A DNA stretch of 64,000 nt from Octopus sinensis (GCF_006345805.1 NC_043002.1:39928001-39992000), one strand, 5' to 3'. Shown: positions 14,480 through 28,182, counted from the first letter of the stretch. Notes: generated by a model from the letters alone, not told the origin. Program-made: numbers and translations.

Positions 14480-15031
14480 GGTGGGTGGTGGTGGCGGTGG
14501 TGGTGGTGATGGTGGTGGTGGTGATGGTGGTGGAGGAGGAGGAGTAAGATAGTAAGTGTATTGTTTTGTGAGTGACATATTCCAAGTGAAGTTGGTAATT
14601 TGGCTTTTATTAATTATTACTGGAAAGGGGAAATTAGAATATAATTGCATTATAATGAGACTTCGAAGCTGCTAAGAATAAATAAGTTGAGTGTTGGAAG
14701 AAAATGTCAAGTAAAAGGCTTTGCTGAAGTATGAAATACAGTTGAGTGCAAAGTACAGTAGTGAGCCTTTAAATGTTGACAAACACTAACAGCTATACAT
14801 ATCAGCAGACTGTGTTGATATATATATATACAGAGAGAGATGAGAAAGATGGACAGATAGATAGATATATATGTATACATATATGTAGACAGAGAGACAT
14901 TCATACATATAAGCATATACATACATACATACATATATATATACATGCATACTATACAATTAATAAGTAAACAAACAAATGTAAATGTCACAATGGAAGA
15001 GGTGTTGATGATGGTGGTGGTGCTGCTGCTG

Positions 15032-15062
<31 letters not shown>

Positions 15063-15468
15063 AGAAGAGTGAGAGATCACTCTAAAATATTTAGAACTAC
15101 AGAAGTAAAAAGAAAAGGTTATGATATATATAGAGAGAGAGAGAAAAGGAAGAGGATAAATGGCAGAATTTTCTATAATCCTCCTCCTCCCCATCATCGT
15201 CAACATCATCATCATCATCATCATCATCATCACCATCACCAACACCATATATTATGATAGCCTTATAGCATTTAGTTCTGTCCTTCTATACTTTCCAATC
15301 AGATTCCTTGAGCAGCTGACTCTACTTTCAGACTTCTGAGGTGTTAGTAAAATAAAATAAGTACAAGCGAACTAATATGAGTGACATGGGTAGGTGGGCG
15401 GATGGAAAAATTAATGAATCAACCATATTCCTACCCTCTGGCAGAGTTAGAAACTGTTGTTGTTGTTG

Positions 15469-15500
<32 letters not shown>
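14480..15500. repeat. Cluster of trinucleotide microsatellites (GGT, TAG, CAT, TGT, TAT)
   Basis: Directly visible. Confidence 0.9.
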
Positions 15501-15503
<3 letters not shown>

Positions 15504-16001
15504 GGCAGCAAGCTGGCAGACTTGTTAGCAAAGTAAGTAAAATACTCAGTGGCATTTTATCCATCTTTACATTCTGACTTCAAATTCTGCCCAGGTCAAC
15601 TTCACCTTTCATCCTTTCAGGGGTCAATGAAATAAGTACCAGTTTTGCACTGAGGTTGATGTAATTGTCTAGCTCCCTCTCAAACAATTTCAGACCTTGT
15701 GCCTATGGTAGAAATGACTATTATTGTTATTATTATGATTATTATTATTATTATTATTATTATTATTGGCAGCAAGCTGGCAGACTTGTTAGCAAAGTAA
15801 GTAAAATACTCAGTGGCATTTTATCCATCTTTACATTCTGACTTCAAATTCTGCCCAGGTCAACTTCACCTTTCATCCTTTCAGGGGTCAATGAAATAAG
15901 TACCAGTTTTGCACTGAGGTTGATGTAATTGTCTAGCTCCCTCTCAAACAATTTCAGACCTTGTGCCTATGGTAGAAATGACTATTATTGTTATTATTAT
16001 G

Positions 16002-16031
<30 letters not shown>
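15504..16031 (+). repeat. Exact 264-bp tandem duplication of a family B SINE plus (TTA)n
   Basis: Units start at 15504 and 15768 and read as identical. Confidence 0.9.
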
Positions 16032-16032
<1 letters not shown>

Positions 16033-16536
16033 GTAGTAGTAGTAGTAGTAGTAGTAGTAGCAGCAGTAGTAGCAGTAGTAGTAGTAGTAGTAGTAGTAGT
16101 AGCAGTGAACTGGTAGACACGTTAGCACACTGGACAAAATGCTTTACAGTATTTTGTCTGTCTTTATGTTCTGAGTTCAAATTCCTTTATGGTTGACTTT
16201 GCCTTTCATCCTTTCAGGGTCAGTTAAATAAGTACTTGTCCCCCTCCCCCCAAATTGCTGCTCTTGTGACAAAATTTGAAACAATTCTTCTTCTTCTTCT
16301 TCTTCACACATGTACATGTACGTACATATGTTTGTATGTATGTATGTATGTATGTATGTATAAAAGCATAAATCCAAGTTTTTTTACAGGGTTTAGAAAA
16401 ACTGAAGAATTGCTGCAATAAGTCTGTGAACCTGAGAGGGGAATATGTTGAATAAAATCATAATTTTATGATTTTATTCAAAACAGATCCTGTTTTATCT
16501 TTTACCCAAAGCGAAGAACTTTTCTGTAACCTCTCA

Positions 16537-16569
<33 letters not shown>

Positions 16570-17499
16570 TTCGTTTTTGGATTTTGTTTGCAATTTTCTT
16601 TATGTGAGTTCGGGTGTTTGGCAAGATTTCGACAGCTAGATACCCTTCCTAACCCTGCCCCTTGAGTATTTTTTGTTGTTGTTCAAATGCTGCCATCCTT
16701 TCAGAGTTGACAAAATAAGTGCCAGTGAGCGCTGGGGGAGGTCAATGTAATTCCCTTCCCCACCCCTCAAAATTGCTGGCCTTGTGCCAAAATAAGAAAG
16801 GATTATTATTAATAGTATTAGTATTATTATAGCACTGTCACATTATCTAAAATCTATGCTTTTTGGGGGGTTTACTGTTGTTTATCATAGGCAATAATAT
16901 GTTAATTACATCAGGAAAATGTTCTAATTGTAGCAAGAGAGGTTTTCTTCTTCTACTAGAGTAAAAAAAAAAATTAGTGAGAAAAACAGAAAAGATATTG
17001 CAAATGAGAGGAGTCCAAAATGTGAAACAAACAGCTACCTAACAAGAGTTCATGTATCAGTATCTGAAATAGGTAAGATAAACAGAGGCATGACATTACA
17101 ACCAACATCCAAAACAATGAGGTGGGTAATGTAATACTTGAACTTAAGCCATCTGGCAAGCTTTAGTGTAGTTGAAGTTGCTTTGGTTATTACTCTCTAT
17201 CTATTATATGCAGCAACCTTGAGGGTTTTCTTGTAAACAAAGTAAATATCACTAAATAAAGTACACTCGACTGATTTAGAAGATATTTGTCCGCATTTGT
17301 AATCACAAGCATTTTTATTTTACATGTCTCACACACACACATACCTACTCCTTTTCTACATTCCGAGCAGAATCATTTTCCTAAAGGAAGTAGAGTTGTG
17401 GTGTGTGCTTTCCCACTAATTAAAACTTTGGTCCTTTGTTAAGTTAAATTTAACACTTTGATTCCAGGTTCTGCTTCTACACCTGGAAATTCTTTAATT

Positions 17500-18220
17500 C
17501 TACTACACATTCAGTTATAAGAATGTGATCATCAGCATATAGTAGTTTCCTCTGTTACGGTCTGTGATTAATATGAAGGGACAGCAAACTGAGCCCTGGT
17601 GAACTCCTACCTGTACACTAACTTTGTTGCTGTGCTTGTGGTAACTCACATTTTACTGATAGTACCCCTTAATATGCTTGTATGGCTCATACAAGCTTTT
17701 TGTTTAGCCCTGGCTTCCTTAGGAACCACCAAATCACAGAGTGAAGAACCCAGTTGAAGGCTTTCTCAGGCCAATGGCAGTTAAGTTCAGAGGTTTACTA
17801 TTAACTAAATACTTCTACAGCTGTCTTTCAAGAAAGAAGGCATGAGCAGTACTTCTTCCTGGCACAAAACCAAACTGCATTTCGTCTAACCTAATTCTCT
17901 TCCTAATTAATTGGGTTATAACACTTTCCATAACTTTCAGGACCTGTTCCAAAGTTTGATACCATTGTAATTACTTCTATCTAAGAAATCGTCTTTAACA
18001 TTAATGCAGTTGACTATAATGCTGTTAAGCAAGTTGCTAAGTATAACACCTTCTTGTACAACCTTATTAACTGTAGGCGTGACTAGGCCATATCCTCAAT
18101 ATTTTAAGCATCTCAGTAGGGACTCGTGATGCACCAGAGAGTTACCTTGCTTTTATATACTTAATTGCTTTAACTATCATACTGCAGTCAACTAGGGTAG
18201 CTGATTCCTCTATTGTATGT
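17500..18220 (-). mobile_element. RTE-clade RT core remnant
   Basis: Minus strand gives VQVGVHQGSV (RT motif B) near 17590-17615. Also an EKAFN-like motif (typical LEKAFD) near 17755-17770 and QFGFVPGRST at 17850-17880. Confidence 0.8.
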
Positions 18221-18859
18221 GTTAGGAACACTCACATTTACCTATATATACACACATATATGTATGCATAATACATACATACATACTTATATGCAGACAT
18301 GGTTGTGTGGTAAGAAGATAAGAAGGGCATCCATAGAAGAACTGCCTCAAGAAATAATATTTGATCCATGATTGATGATGATATATATAGTTTATAGATA
18401 GGTGCTACACAGTGGGACTGAATCCGGAACCATGTGGTTGGTAAGCAAGCTACTTACCACACAGCCATTCCTGCGCCTATATATATACATATATAATGTG
18501 TATACAATATACACATAATATAAATATATGTAAGCATGTATATATGTATTTTTTGTAAAACATGTCTTATAAGACTAATCCAGGTGAAGTAGGTAGACAT
18601 GACCTGGGCTAATAATAGTCAAAACCTATATATAATTACAAGTGTGTCTACGTGCAATTTACATGCAAACAAGTTATATATATATATATATATAAATATG
18701 TACATATCATATTCAGGTAAACAAAGTATGTTTGCATAAATGCCTGTTTTGTGTTCATGTCTCTTGTTTATCTATAGTCTAGAAACTGATAGAGTTGTTT
18801 TTCAAAAAGCATAGAAAGAAAATGTTTATATTTCTTAAATATATCTCTAAGGGTTTTCT

Positions 18860-19250
18860 CATCTTTTATCTTTTACTGGTTTCGGTTATTAGAATGCAGC
18901 CATGCAGAGGCATCACCTTGAAGAGTTTATAATCGAATGAATAGACCCTAGAACTTATATTTTTAAAACTTGATAATTATCCTATTGTTCTCTGTACCGA
19001 ACCGTTAAGTTATGAGGACATAAACACACCAACACCAGTTATCAAACAGTGACACAAAGACACAGATAGATTAGATACAAATATATATGACAGGCTTTTT
19101 CCAGTTTCCACCTCTCAAACCCACTCACAAGGCTTTGGTTGGCCTGAGGCTATAATAGAATACATTTGACCAAGATGCCCGCAGTAGGACTGAACCCAAA
19201 ACCATGTGGTTGGGAAGCAAACTTCTTACCACACAGCCATGCCCACACCT
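18860..19250 (-). mobile_element. SINE family A (older copy)
   Basis: Diverged family A consensus. Confidence 0.75.
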
Positions 19251-20369
19251 ATGTCATATTTAAAATTATTTCTGTACTCCTAGTTCACACTGTGTTGTGC
19301 ATAAAATATAGACTTAATGATGAGCCATCTAAGGTACAAATAGGCAGATAATAGCATATCTGATGACTGACATGTATAGTAGATGAACACACTGTACTAC
19401 CAAATAGGTATGATTCCTCTGAGGAGTGAACAGAAAATCATGAAATGGTGCAATCATTATACATATATATACGTACAGATGCCACACAGTGGGACTGAAC
19501 CTAGAACCATGTGGTTGGTAAGCAAGCTACTTACCACACAGCCACTCCTGTTCCCATAATTTAGAGTAACTGATAGAATAAGTATCATACTTCAAATAAG
19601 TACTGGGGTTGTTTTGTTCCACTAAACCCTTCAAAGCAGTGTCACATAATTACAGTCCCATGACAAAACAAGTAAAAGGAAGGATAGACAGACAGACAGA
19701 CAAATAAAAAGATATTTGTGTTTTCCAACTTTCAAATAATTATATTTTTGTTTACTTTTCATATTGACTCTCCTGTAATAATAAATAGAAACACTTATTG
19801 ACTTCCAGGGGCATATGAAAGTGAATTTTTTAACATAGTGACAAGTAGGTATTTCCCAGGTTAAAAAAACGTTTTTTCCTTTGCGAAAACAGTGTGTTTT
19901 TTATGGACTATTTTAATTCTTGCCACGTCATACATCCAATTATACTTGAGCTGAATGACTTGCACAAGAGATAGTTTCGTTGGAAAAATGTGTTCGTAAT
20001 GACTAGTTAATAGCCATGCTTTGCTCACATTAATTAGGAATTCAGTAATAAATATTTGGTGGATCTAACTTCTTTAATGACAATGTCACACTGAAAGTTT
20101 TGCAGTATCTAACTGGCATAGACTGTATTTTCAAGAAAACACTTTCACCTTCTTTGCCTGGAAACCACCTACTTTAGACAAAATAAAAACATTGAGTTTC
20201 ATGGTGTCCTGGAAACAAAGCAGTGTTGAAATGTTTTATTTTATACAACTCTAGCTTATTATGATAACTAAGTGCTAAATACAGTGGACTGAAGCCCATG
20301 CTAAGCAACATCTTTAACCACACTATCACATCTGCACCTATATTAACAATATATAAATTTTAGCTGTTA

Positions 20370-20705
20370 CAAGTTTCAGTCATGCTGGGGCATTTCCATG
20401 AAGATTTTTAGACAAATAAATCAACCCCAGTATTTTCTTTTACTCTAAGCCTGATATACAGCTGGTCCCTTAGGCCGAATGTCAACATGACTTTGGTTAC
20501 CAAACAGTGGAGATAGGGACAACACAAACACATATATACATCAATATATATGTGTGTGTGATGAGTTTCTTCCAGTTTCTACCAAATCTAGTCACAAGCC
20601 TTTGGTCAGCTTGGGGCTATAGTAGAAGACACTGGCCCAAGATGCCACGCAGTAGCACTGAACCCAAGGCTACATGATTAGGGAGCAAGTTTCTTAACCA
20701 CAAGG
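20370..20705 (-). mobile_element. SINE family A (older copy)
   Basis: Diverged family A consensus. Confidence 0.7.
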
Positions 20706-21103
20706 AATATGTTATTCCATATAAATTACATATACCTTATTTGATAGTATTTAAGGTGCACTTTTCTTTTTCAAAATAATCACCCCAAAATAATCATACA
20801 AAGTTGGGTTTCCCATAAGCTGATGCCACATATGCACTGCTGGAATTGGTGCTGATGCATCTTTTATGCCATCAAATATGGTACATTAAACAATACATAT
20901 GAAGTTACCTTCTTGAGCCATGCCGACACACAAGGGCCAATTTCCCAGTTTCATGACAAATATATATTCTGCACATGGACTGGACGCCTGGAGCAGCATG
21001 AAATGAAGTGTTTTACTCAAGAACACAAAGTATCGCCATGTCCAGGAATTGAAACCATAGTCTTACAATCACGTTTTTAACAATCCAGAAAGGAAAGATT
21101 CAG

Positions 21104-21539
21104 TTTAGGGCAGTCATGGTCAAACTGTGACCCACAAAACTTTCTGAATAGCATGACTAAATGAAAAATTTCTTCAAATTTTATTAGTACAGCCTGTCTG
21201 ATGATGAGCCTTGTCTTATGTGGCCAGTATTTCGAAAAAGGTTGCTTATGACTGGTTTAAGGTAAGGGTTTCATCTTTGGGACTTAGAGTTAGGGTTTAA
21301 AGGCTAGGTTTATGCAAAGAGGGGAAATAATAGGGGGGAAAAATAATAAATTAGTGATGTTTTTTATTACCTCTTATGTTTAAAACATGTAGAAAAACAA
21401 ATTTTTACCTTAAGTAAAAATTGCTGTAATACTTATGTAGTGCATACATGTATTACTAAAAAAAAATTTGAAGAAATTTTTCATTTAGTCATGCTATTCA
21501 GAAAGTTTTGTGAGTCAGTTTGGCTTTGACTGCCCTAAA
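21104..21539. repeat. ~78-bp inverted repeat (21104-21182 / 21463-21539), MITE-like
   Basis: CACAAAACTTTCTGAATAGCATGACTAAATGAAAAATTTCTTCAAATTTT and its reverse complement. Confidence 0.85.
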
Positions 21540-21642
21540 TATAATATACATATGTCCATGTATATACTTAGATACATATATATATATATATATATAATAT
21601 ATATATATATATATTATATATATATATATACATATATATATA

Positions 21643-21853
21643 CGGAGTGTCCCAGAAGCCGCGCACCATTCTGGTTTTCATTTAAAATAATTAAAGCATT
21701 CTATTTTATTATATATTTTTTCTGCATGTTTTATTGTAGAAGATGCTCAATTTGAGCATTTGTTACGATTAATTTCAATAAAGTGTTTTTGAAATCAAAA
21801 AGGGTGTAATCTTTTAAAAAACCAGGGTGGTGAGCGACTTCTGGGACACCCTG
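21643..21853. mobile_element. Tc1/mariner-type MITE in (TA)n
   Basis: TIRs CGGAGTGTCCCAGAAGCCGCGCACCA / TGGTGAGCGACTTCTGGGACACCCTG, flanked by TA. Confidence 0.85.
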
Positions 21854-22781
21854 TATATATATATATATAAATGTATGCATATATATGTGTATATATATAC
21901 ATCATCATTTAAGCATGGTATTTTATATACCTTTCTTTGTCACATATGTAGATATGGATGATATATGTATTCGCTGTTAAGATAATGCAAACTTATCTAG
22001 CATTGCATCTAATAAATTAATATATATGTGCTACTTTCTTCTGTTTCCAACACCAAATTTCTCTCTCTATCATCATCATCATTTTAACATCCACTTGTCC
22101 ATGCTTGCAAGGGGAGGGGGACTCAAACAAAAGTGGAGGCACATTTTCTATGGCCAGATGCCCCTCTTGTCACAGACTCATTTGTTTCGTAGATATCTTT
22201 TAATGGAAGATTAAAAATGAATATCTCTTATATGGTGTTGACATGTGTTTTCAAAAATTACACGTGACGTTAAGGCGGGGAGGTAAACACACATACATAC
22301 ACATCACTTTGCGTTTATAAATTTACTCTAAGTTGGCCCGAGGTAATAGAAGACACTTGTCTAAAGTTCCACGCAGTGGGACTGAACCCGAAACTACATG
22401 GTTAGGAAACGTGCGCGCGCACACACAGACAAACATACATACATATACAAACATAAATACACACACACATTCTATTAGCAAAAAAAAAATCTTGAAATAA
22501 AGCTAAATGACACACACGACCATTCAGGCCATTGCCATCAAGATCATATTTAATGAGTTTACTGTATACAGTGCTAAGAGCCCCATTATTTTAGCTATCT
22601 TTACTCATCAAAACCGTCAAATTACACATCCCTTCTTATCTGTGTGTATGTGTGTGTGTTAAAAAGCTGAAACTACTGTTCCTGCTGTTTGGTAGTTTCG
22701 TTTTGTTTTGGAAATATTTATCTCAGACTACCCCTGTTTAATCTTCGCTTGCATCGTAAGAGATGGTATTACGGGGCCCGA

Positions 22782-22888
22782 AAGTGCTTTGGTTGTTATT
22801 TCTAGACTGTACGACGATCACGTAGACCTCGATCAAGTGCTTTGGTTGTTATTTCTAGACGATACGACGATCACGTAGACCTCGATCA
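22782..22888 (+). repeat. 53-bp tandem duplication
   Basis: AAGTGCTTTGGTTGTTATTTCTAGAC..ACGACGATCACGTAGACCTCGATC occurs twice. Confidence 0.9.
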
Positions 22889-23564
22889 CTTTGGCAACAA
22901 ACAAGCCGCACGTTGTAATGCTTGTGTTATGTTGTGGTGTGGTGTGCGCGTGCGAGAGTGCTTCTCTCCTCCTCTCTCTCCCTCCCTCTCTATATTCGTG
23001 TATAGTGGAGGAGTACGTGCGTGTGCGCGTTGGTTTTTTTTTTTGGTTCTAAGTCATGTTGATGTTATTTTGTTGTTCAGCAGTCAGCCTCAATTTCTCG
23101 CAGGCCTATGATCATAGACGTTCCTATGACCATCCTGTTTTATTTTTAGTTGAGACACGTAGCTGCTATTTTTAGTGTAGGCTGAGGTTTTCCCGTGGCT
23201 GATGTTTCTGTGTTATTTAGGTGAACAGCAAGTAAACAAAGGGAGATGTGGGGACTGATATAAACAAACCCTATACCCCGATAAATTTATTCATTAATAT
23301 TTAAGAAAATGTTTGGCGAAGTTTCGCATGTCGTAGCACAGATTTCCGTCGATTTCCGTAAAAAACTTTTATTTTTTTACATAAGTAATGAGAGCGAAAG
23401 AGACTAAGAGGAAGCGATTTTATGACGAGAAGGTTTCTCTTTGAAATCGGCCTGTGTGTGTTTGATGGGGTGTGGGAGACAGACAGTATGTTGTGTAAGT
23501 GAAGTGCTTCTGTTAGTGTGTGCGAAGAGACAGAGAGAGTAATGTGTGAAAGAGAGAGATAACT

Positions 23565-24015
23565 GATTTTTTACTCGGTGTATGTGTATATGTATGTATG
23601 CATGTATCTATGTATGTGTGTGTGTGTATGTATGTATGTATGGCCGATTCATCGTAATTTTTTACTCGGTGTATGTGTATATGTATGTCTGCATGTATGT
23701 GTGTGTGTGTATGTATCTATGTATGTGTGTATGTGTATGTATGTATGTATGGTCGATTCAGTGTAATTTTTTACTCGGTGTATGTGTATATGTATGTCTG
23801 CATGTATGTGTGTGTGTGTATGTATCTATGTATGTGTGTATGTGTATGTATGTATGTGTGTATGTATGTATGGTCGATTCAGTGTAATTTTTTACTCGGT
23901 GTATGTGTATATGTATCTATGTGTGTGTGTGTGTGTGTAAGTATGTGTGTGTGTATGTATGTATGTGTGTGTGTATGTATCTATGTATGTGTGTGTGTGT
24001 ATGTATGTATGTATG
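23565..24015 (+). repeat. Compound minisatellite: 4 units starting TTTTTTACTCGGTGTATG, each followed by a (GT/GTAT)n tract
   Basis: Directly visible. The GGTCGATTCAGTGTAA spacer is repeated. Confidence 0.85.
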
Positions 24016-24576
24016 AATTATAAAAGTTAGAACCCAAGAAATGGAAAAACGCAAAAATGTCAGGTATACGTGGCAGACCAACAATGAGAAGACAAGAAAA
24101 GGAAGGGATTTAATGGGGAATTGTAGCTTAATTTTATTTTTACTACTGAATAAATTATACCCACTAAAATATTACTTTTGTTCCCCAAAGTATATTTTCC
24201 AATCGCACACACAATTTCAATAACACGAATAGCAATCATCTATATATATAATATAAATATATATTCTTTAACTTGTTTGTTATTTGACTGCGGCCATGCT
24301 GGAGCACCGTCTTATAAATGTAGATTATATACATTTACCCATTTATATTATATTTATTGTGTACAGTATATGATACAGATATAACATAGATTATATATAT
24401 ATTGTTGTTTTCATGTCCAGTTATATATAATAAAATCAGTTTTGCATTAATCTTATTCTTTTTAAACAAGAATGTTGAATGACTTCGAAGTTTCAGCCAG
24501 CTAAGCTATATATATATATGTATAAACATAAAATATACATACATATGTGTGTATAAACGTAGAATATACATACTTA

Positions 24577-24625
<49 letters not shown>

Positions 24626-24656
24626 ATATTTCGGAATGGTCATTTTGCCAGTTTAG

Positions 24657-24764
<108 letters not shown>

Positions 24765-24863
24765 TATATATATATGTATATATATACGTAGCCCCAGCAT
24801 GGCCACAGCTCAAGAGCTGAAACTGGAAAACATAAACATAAATAAACATACATATGTAAATGC

Positions 24864-24896
<33 letters not shown>

Positions 24897-25317
24897 TACG
24901 CACGCGCACTATTCACACAGATAGACACGTGTGTGTGTGTGTTTACATTTATGTATTAATCGCAAGGGAGGCATCCTTTGTTGACATTAAAAAATTGTTC
25001 CATGTTACAAACAAAAGAAGTATGGAACTAAAATATAATTAGAAAAACAGAATATTACCACTTTATTAGAATGCATTTTTTCCTCATGATAATTATGTAT
25101 ATTAATTTGATTTAAATAAAGATATATATTCGCAATGGGCCAACAGTAGCCTTTTATAAAGTAAATATATAGGCCAAACCCGTGCCAAAGAAACCACCGG
25201 TGAATTATATTATTATTGAATAATCTTCGCTCCCAAGTCAATACTGTTTTAAAATACCCTACCATGACCATCCTGCCTCTATTTTATATATTCAGTATAT
25301 GTGGCACTATATCCATA

Positions 25318-25356
<39 letters not shown>

Positions 25357-25942
25357 TTATTTATTTGACAGACCCCGATCTAAGGAGCTCTGACCCTTTG
25401 TTATTTTCTTTTAGAATATATACTATAATTATATTTATTTTACTTTTTGAAAGATAGTAGATAGCCTGTAAATAGGATATTTGGTTGCTATTTTCAGTAA
25501 TATGATCGGCCACGTAGTATTATGATGACTTGAGTGAACGACTAGTTACTTTGTTTTGTTTAAGTACATATAACTCTTATAAAACTGAATTTATTATTAA
25601 GGGAAGAAAATAAACAAAGCCATGAAAAATGCTAAAAGTAAATATTTGCTGCCAACTAAGTGTCCAGAACTTTTGGGAAATTTTAAAAGAAAAAGATTAA
25701 TAGAATCTTTATTTTCCAAACTCTTCACGTAGCTCTCTGAATTAAAAATAATCTAATAAACAAATCATATTATATATATATATATATATTTGTTCCTATA
25801 TGGAAGGGAACTTTCAACACCTTTTATAACTTATATAGCTGTATAATTTTGTTCCAACTTTAAAAATATATACATATACAACCAATACTTTCTTCCTAAG
25901 ATTTCTTTATCTTAAAATACATCGACCTTCTTGTTTGAGAAT

Positions 25943-25990
<48 letters not shown>

Positions 25991-26338
25991 TATAGATATA
26001 TATGCACACACAGCAATCTTTGCTAACTTTTTCTTTCTTTGAGAATTCTTTTCAGCTACGAACATCAACTGTGTAACATATGTGTAAAAACTAAAATATA
26101 CGAGCATATTTTGCCATTAGATTTATTTTTCGGTATCGAAATTGCACACACACATATAGTCTAATTACGGTAGCCGGCAAAACTTCGGAGTCATAGTCCC
26201 CTTGCAATTTAATCGGAATAAAATAAGATTATTTGTACTGAATCAGTTTTTTTCTTTCTCTTTAGCCTTTATGATGTCTATATGTGTGTGTGCGCGCGTG
26301 GGAGTTTCATAGTTTTGTATAATATATATAAATATATG

Positions 26339-26393
<55 letters not shown>

Positions 26394-26437
26394 ATGTGTT
26401 ACCGCTACTGTATATAACTCACTTTGATATTTATCAT

Positions 26438-26470
<33 letters not shown>

Positions 26471-27583
26471 GTATATAATTACATGTATGTGTACACAAAA
26501 CTACGAAACTATAGCTAATTCTTATATTTTTTTTCTCTGTATAATTCAGAGAGCTACATAAAGAGTTTGGAAAATTAAAAAAAACCCAGAACAGTGAAAT
26601 AAAATATTCTGAAAGGATTAGAAATTATACATACATACAACTCCCTCCCTTTCATCCTCTCCGGCACTGATTAAAAAGTACCAAGTACTGAGAGATGAGT
26701 TAATTTTATTCCCTATGAAATTATTTCTAATGGACTTTTAGTTTCCGAACAAACATATATATATATATATATATTATATACAAACACAAGAATAGAGGAA
26801 AGAACTAAATCTACCAAGTTTGCTATTTATGAAACTACATAAAAAAAAAACACACACACAACGAAACTAATAAGAATTCTTTGAAACAAACCAGCTGTAA
26901 TATATTATATTTATATTAGATGGTATAAATATAAATATATATATATATGTATATATACATGTATATATTTTCATCAAATGTACGGAATTAATTTAACATC
27001 ACCGGTGGAAGCTTTTTTTTTTAGTTGAAACTGAGAAAAACAAATAAACTATAGAATTTTGAGAGAAAAGAGCCAATATGGCTGACAAGACGGTAGCAAC
27101 AATAAAAATTACATACTAAATACAGTCTGGTATGTATGTGGTGGGGAATATATATTTCTGTGTGTATGTGTGGGTGTAAGTACTTAGATATGAGAGTATC
27201 ACCATAGATGTATGCATGTGGCTGCGTATGCAATGGGGGGGGGAGAGAAGGGAGGAACATGGATGCGTATCTTCGTGATTGGATATGTGTGTGTTTCTGT
27301 GTGTAGGATGGGGGGGAAAGGTGCGTAGAGTGATGTGTGCGCGTATCATCGTGGAAGTATCTAGGTGTTTGTATGTATGTGCGTGCGCATTTAGTGTATA
27401 TACTGATGTATGTATATATATATATATGTGTATGTGTGTATCTGTGTGTGTGTATGTGTGTATCTGTGTGTGTGTGTATGTGTGTATCTGTGTGTTGTGT
27501 GCTTCGCCGTATGCAAATGTAACATGAGTGTTGTTGTGTATGTAGGGAAATCTGTGTCATAACATTGACTGCTGAGTTAACAA

Positions 27584-27593
27584 CCATATATGG
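27584..27593 (+). promoter_or_regulatory. Perfect CArG box (SRF site) CCATATATGG
   Basis: Matches CC(A/T)6GG, about 90 bp upstream of the TATA-like element. Confidence 0.65.
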
Positions 27594-27627
27594 TATGAAA
27601 ATGGGGGGAGAGGGTGAATAGCCGAAT

Positions 27628-27635
27628 CTGATTGG
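27628..27635 (-). promoter_or_regulatory. CCAAT box (NF-Y) CTGATTGG
   Basis: Consensus inverted CCAAT in a proximal promoter position. Confidence 0.6.
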
Positions 27636-27650
27636 ATAGCTAGACAAAAT

Positions 27651-27671
27651 CGTCATCGTTTTATGACGTCA
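27651..27671 (+). promoter_or_regulatory. Half CRE (CGTCA, 27651-27655) plus full palindromic CRE TGACGTCA (27664-27671)
   Basis: Exact CREB consensus immediately upstream of a TATA-like element. Confidence 0.7.
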
Positions 27672-27678
27672 GTTCCCT

Positions 27679-27685
27679 TATATTA
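27679..27685 (+). promoter_or_regulatory. TATA-like element TATATTA; predicted TSS ~27705-27715
   Basis: Lies after the CRE and just before an ATG-free leader. Confidence 0.45.
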
Positions 27686-28161
27686 TTGCTCGTCCTACTC
27701 CTCTGTCGTTTGGCGTTAGTTGTGTTCCTGTTGTTGATATATACGTCCATTACGCTTCTGCAGTTCTCTCTCTTCCTACCTTACTGGCGACCAAACAAAG
27801 AACCACTTTTTACAGCTCTCAAAGAAAACCAAGAAAAAACAAAAAACCCACCAAAGTATATATATATACCAAACAGACTGTTGTTGGATAGAGAACAAAA
27901 TTGATTCTTTTTCCCCCCTATTTGTCTGTTATCTTCACGCAAGAAAATCTACGTTTTTTTTCTCTTTTCTTCGGAAGCGTAAACTTAAGCCAACTGTTTT
28001 AGAAAAAGCCAGAAAGTTCTTCATAATTCTAACAGTATTCAACTGAACCTCTACCGAAACACCAACAAGAAAAAGAAAACCAATAATTATATAATTTAAT
28101 TTTTTTTAAATTGCTTCTGCGTTGTGCTAATCCCTTCTTTTGACTGAAGTTCCATCTCTGA

Positions 28162-28182
28162 ATGTTTTTGTCAGCACGATGA
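28162..28182 (+). other. uORF (MFLSAR*) whose TGA overlaps the BTG ATG-ATG start
   Basis: ATG TTT TTG TCA GCA CGA TGA. Main ATGs at 28179 and 28182. Confidence 0.55.

Noticed and set aside
23565-24015. Repeat-spacer-like array suggestive of CRISPR
   Set aside because: The spacers are microsatellite variants of each other, the DNA is eukaryotic and there are no cas genes.
27021-27656. 211-aa minus-strand ORF upstream of BTG
   Set aside because: His/Thr/Ile-rich product of a (CA)-rich low-complexity tract overlapping the promoter, with no domain.
28140-28178. TTG-initiated N-terminal extension of BTG
   Set aside because: The BTG domain begins at MMNEV, and eukaryotic initiation at ATG 28179/28182 is more plausible.
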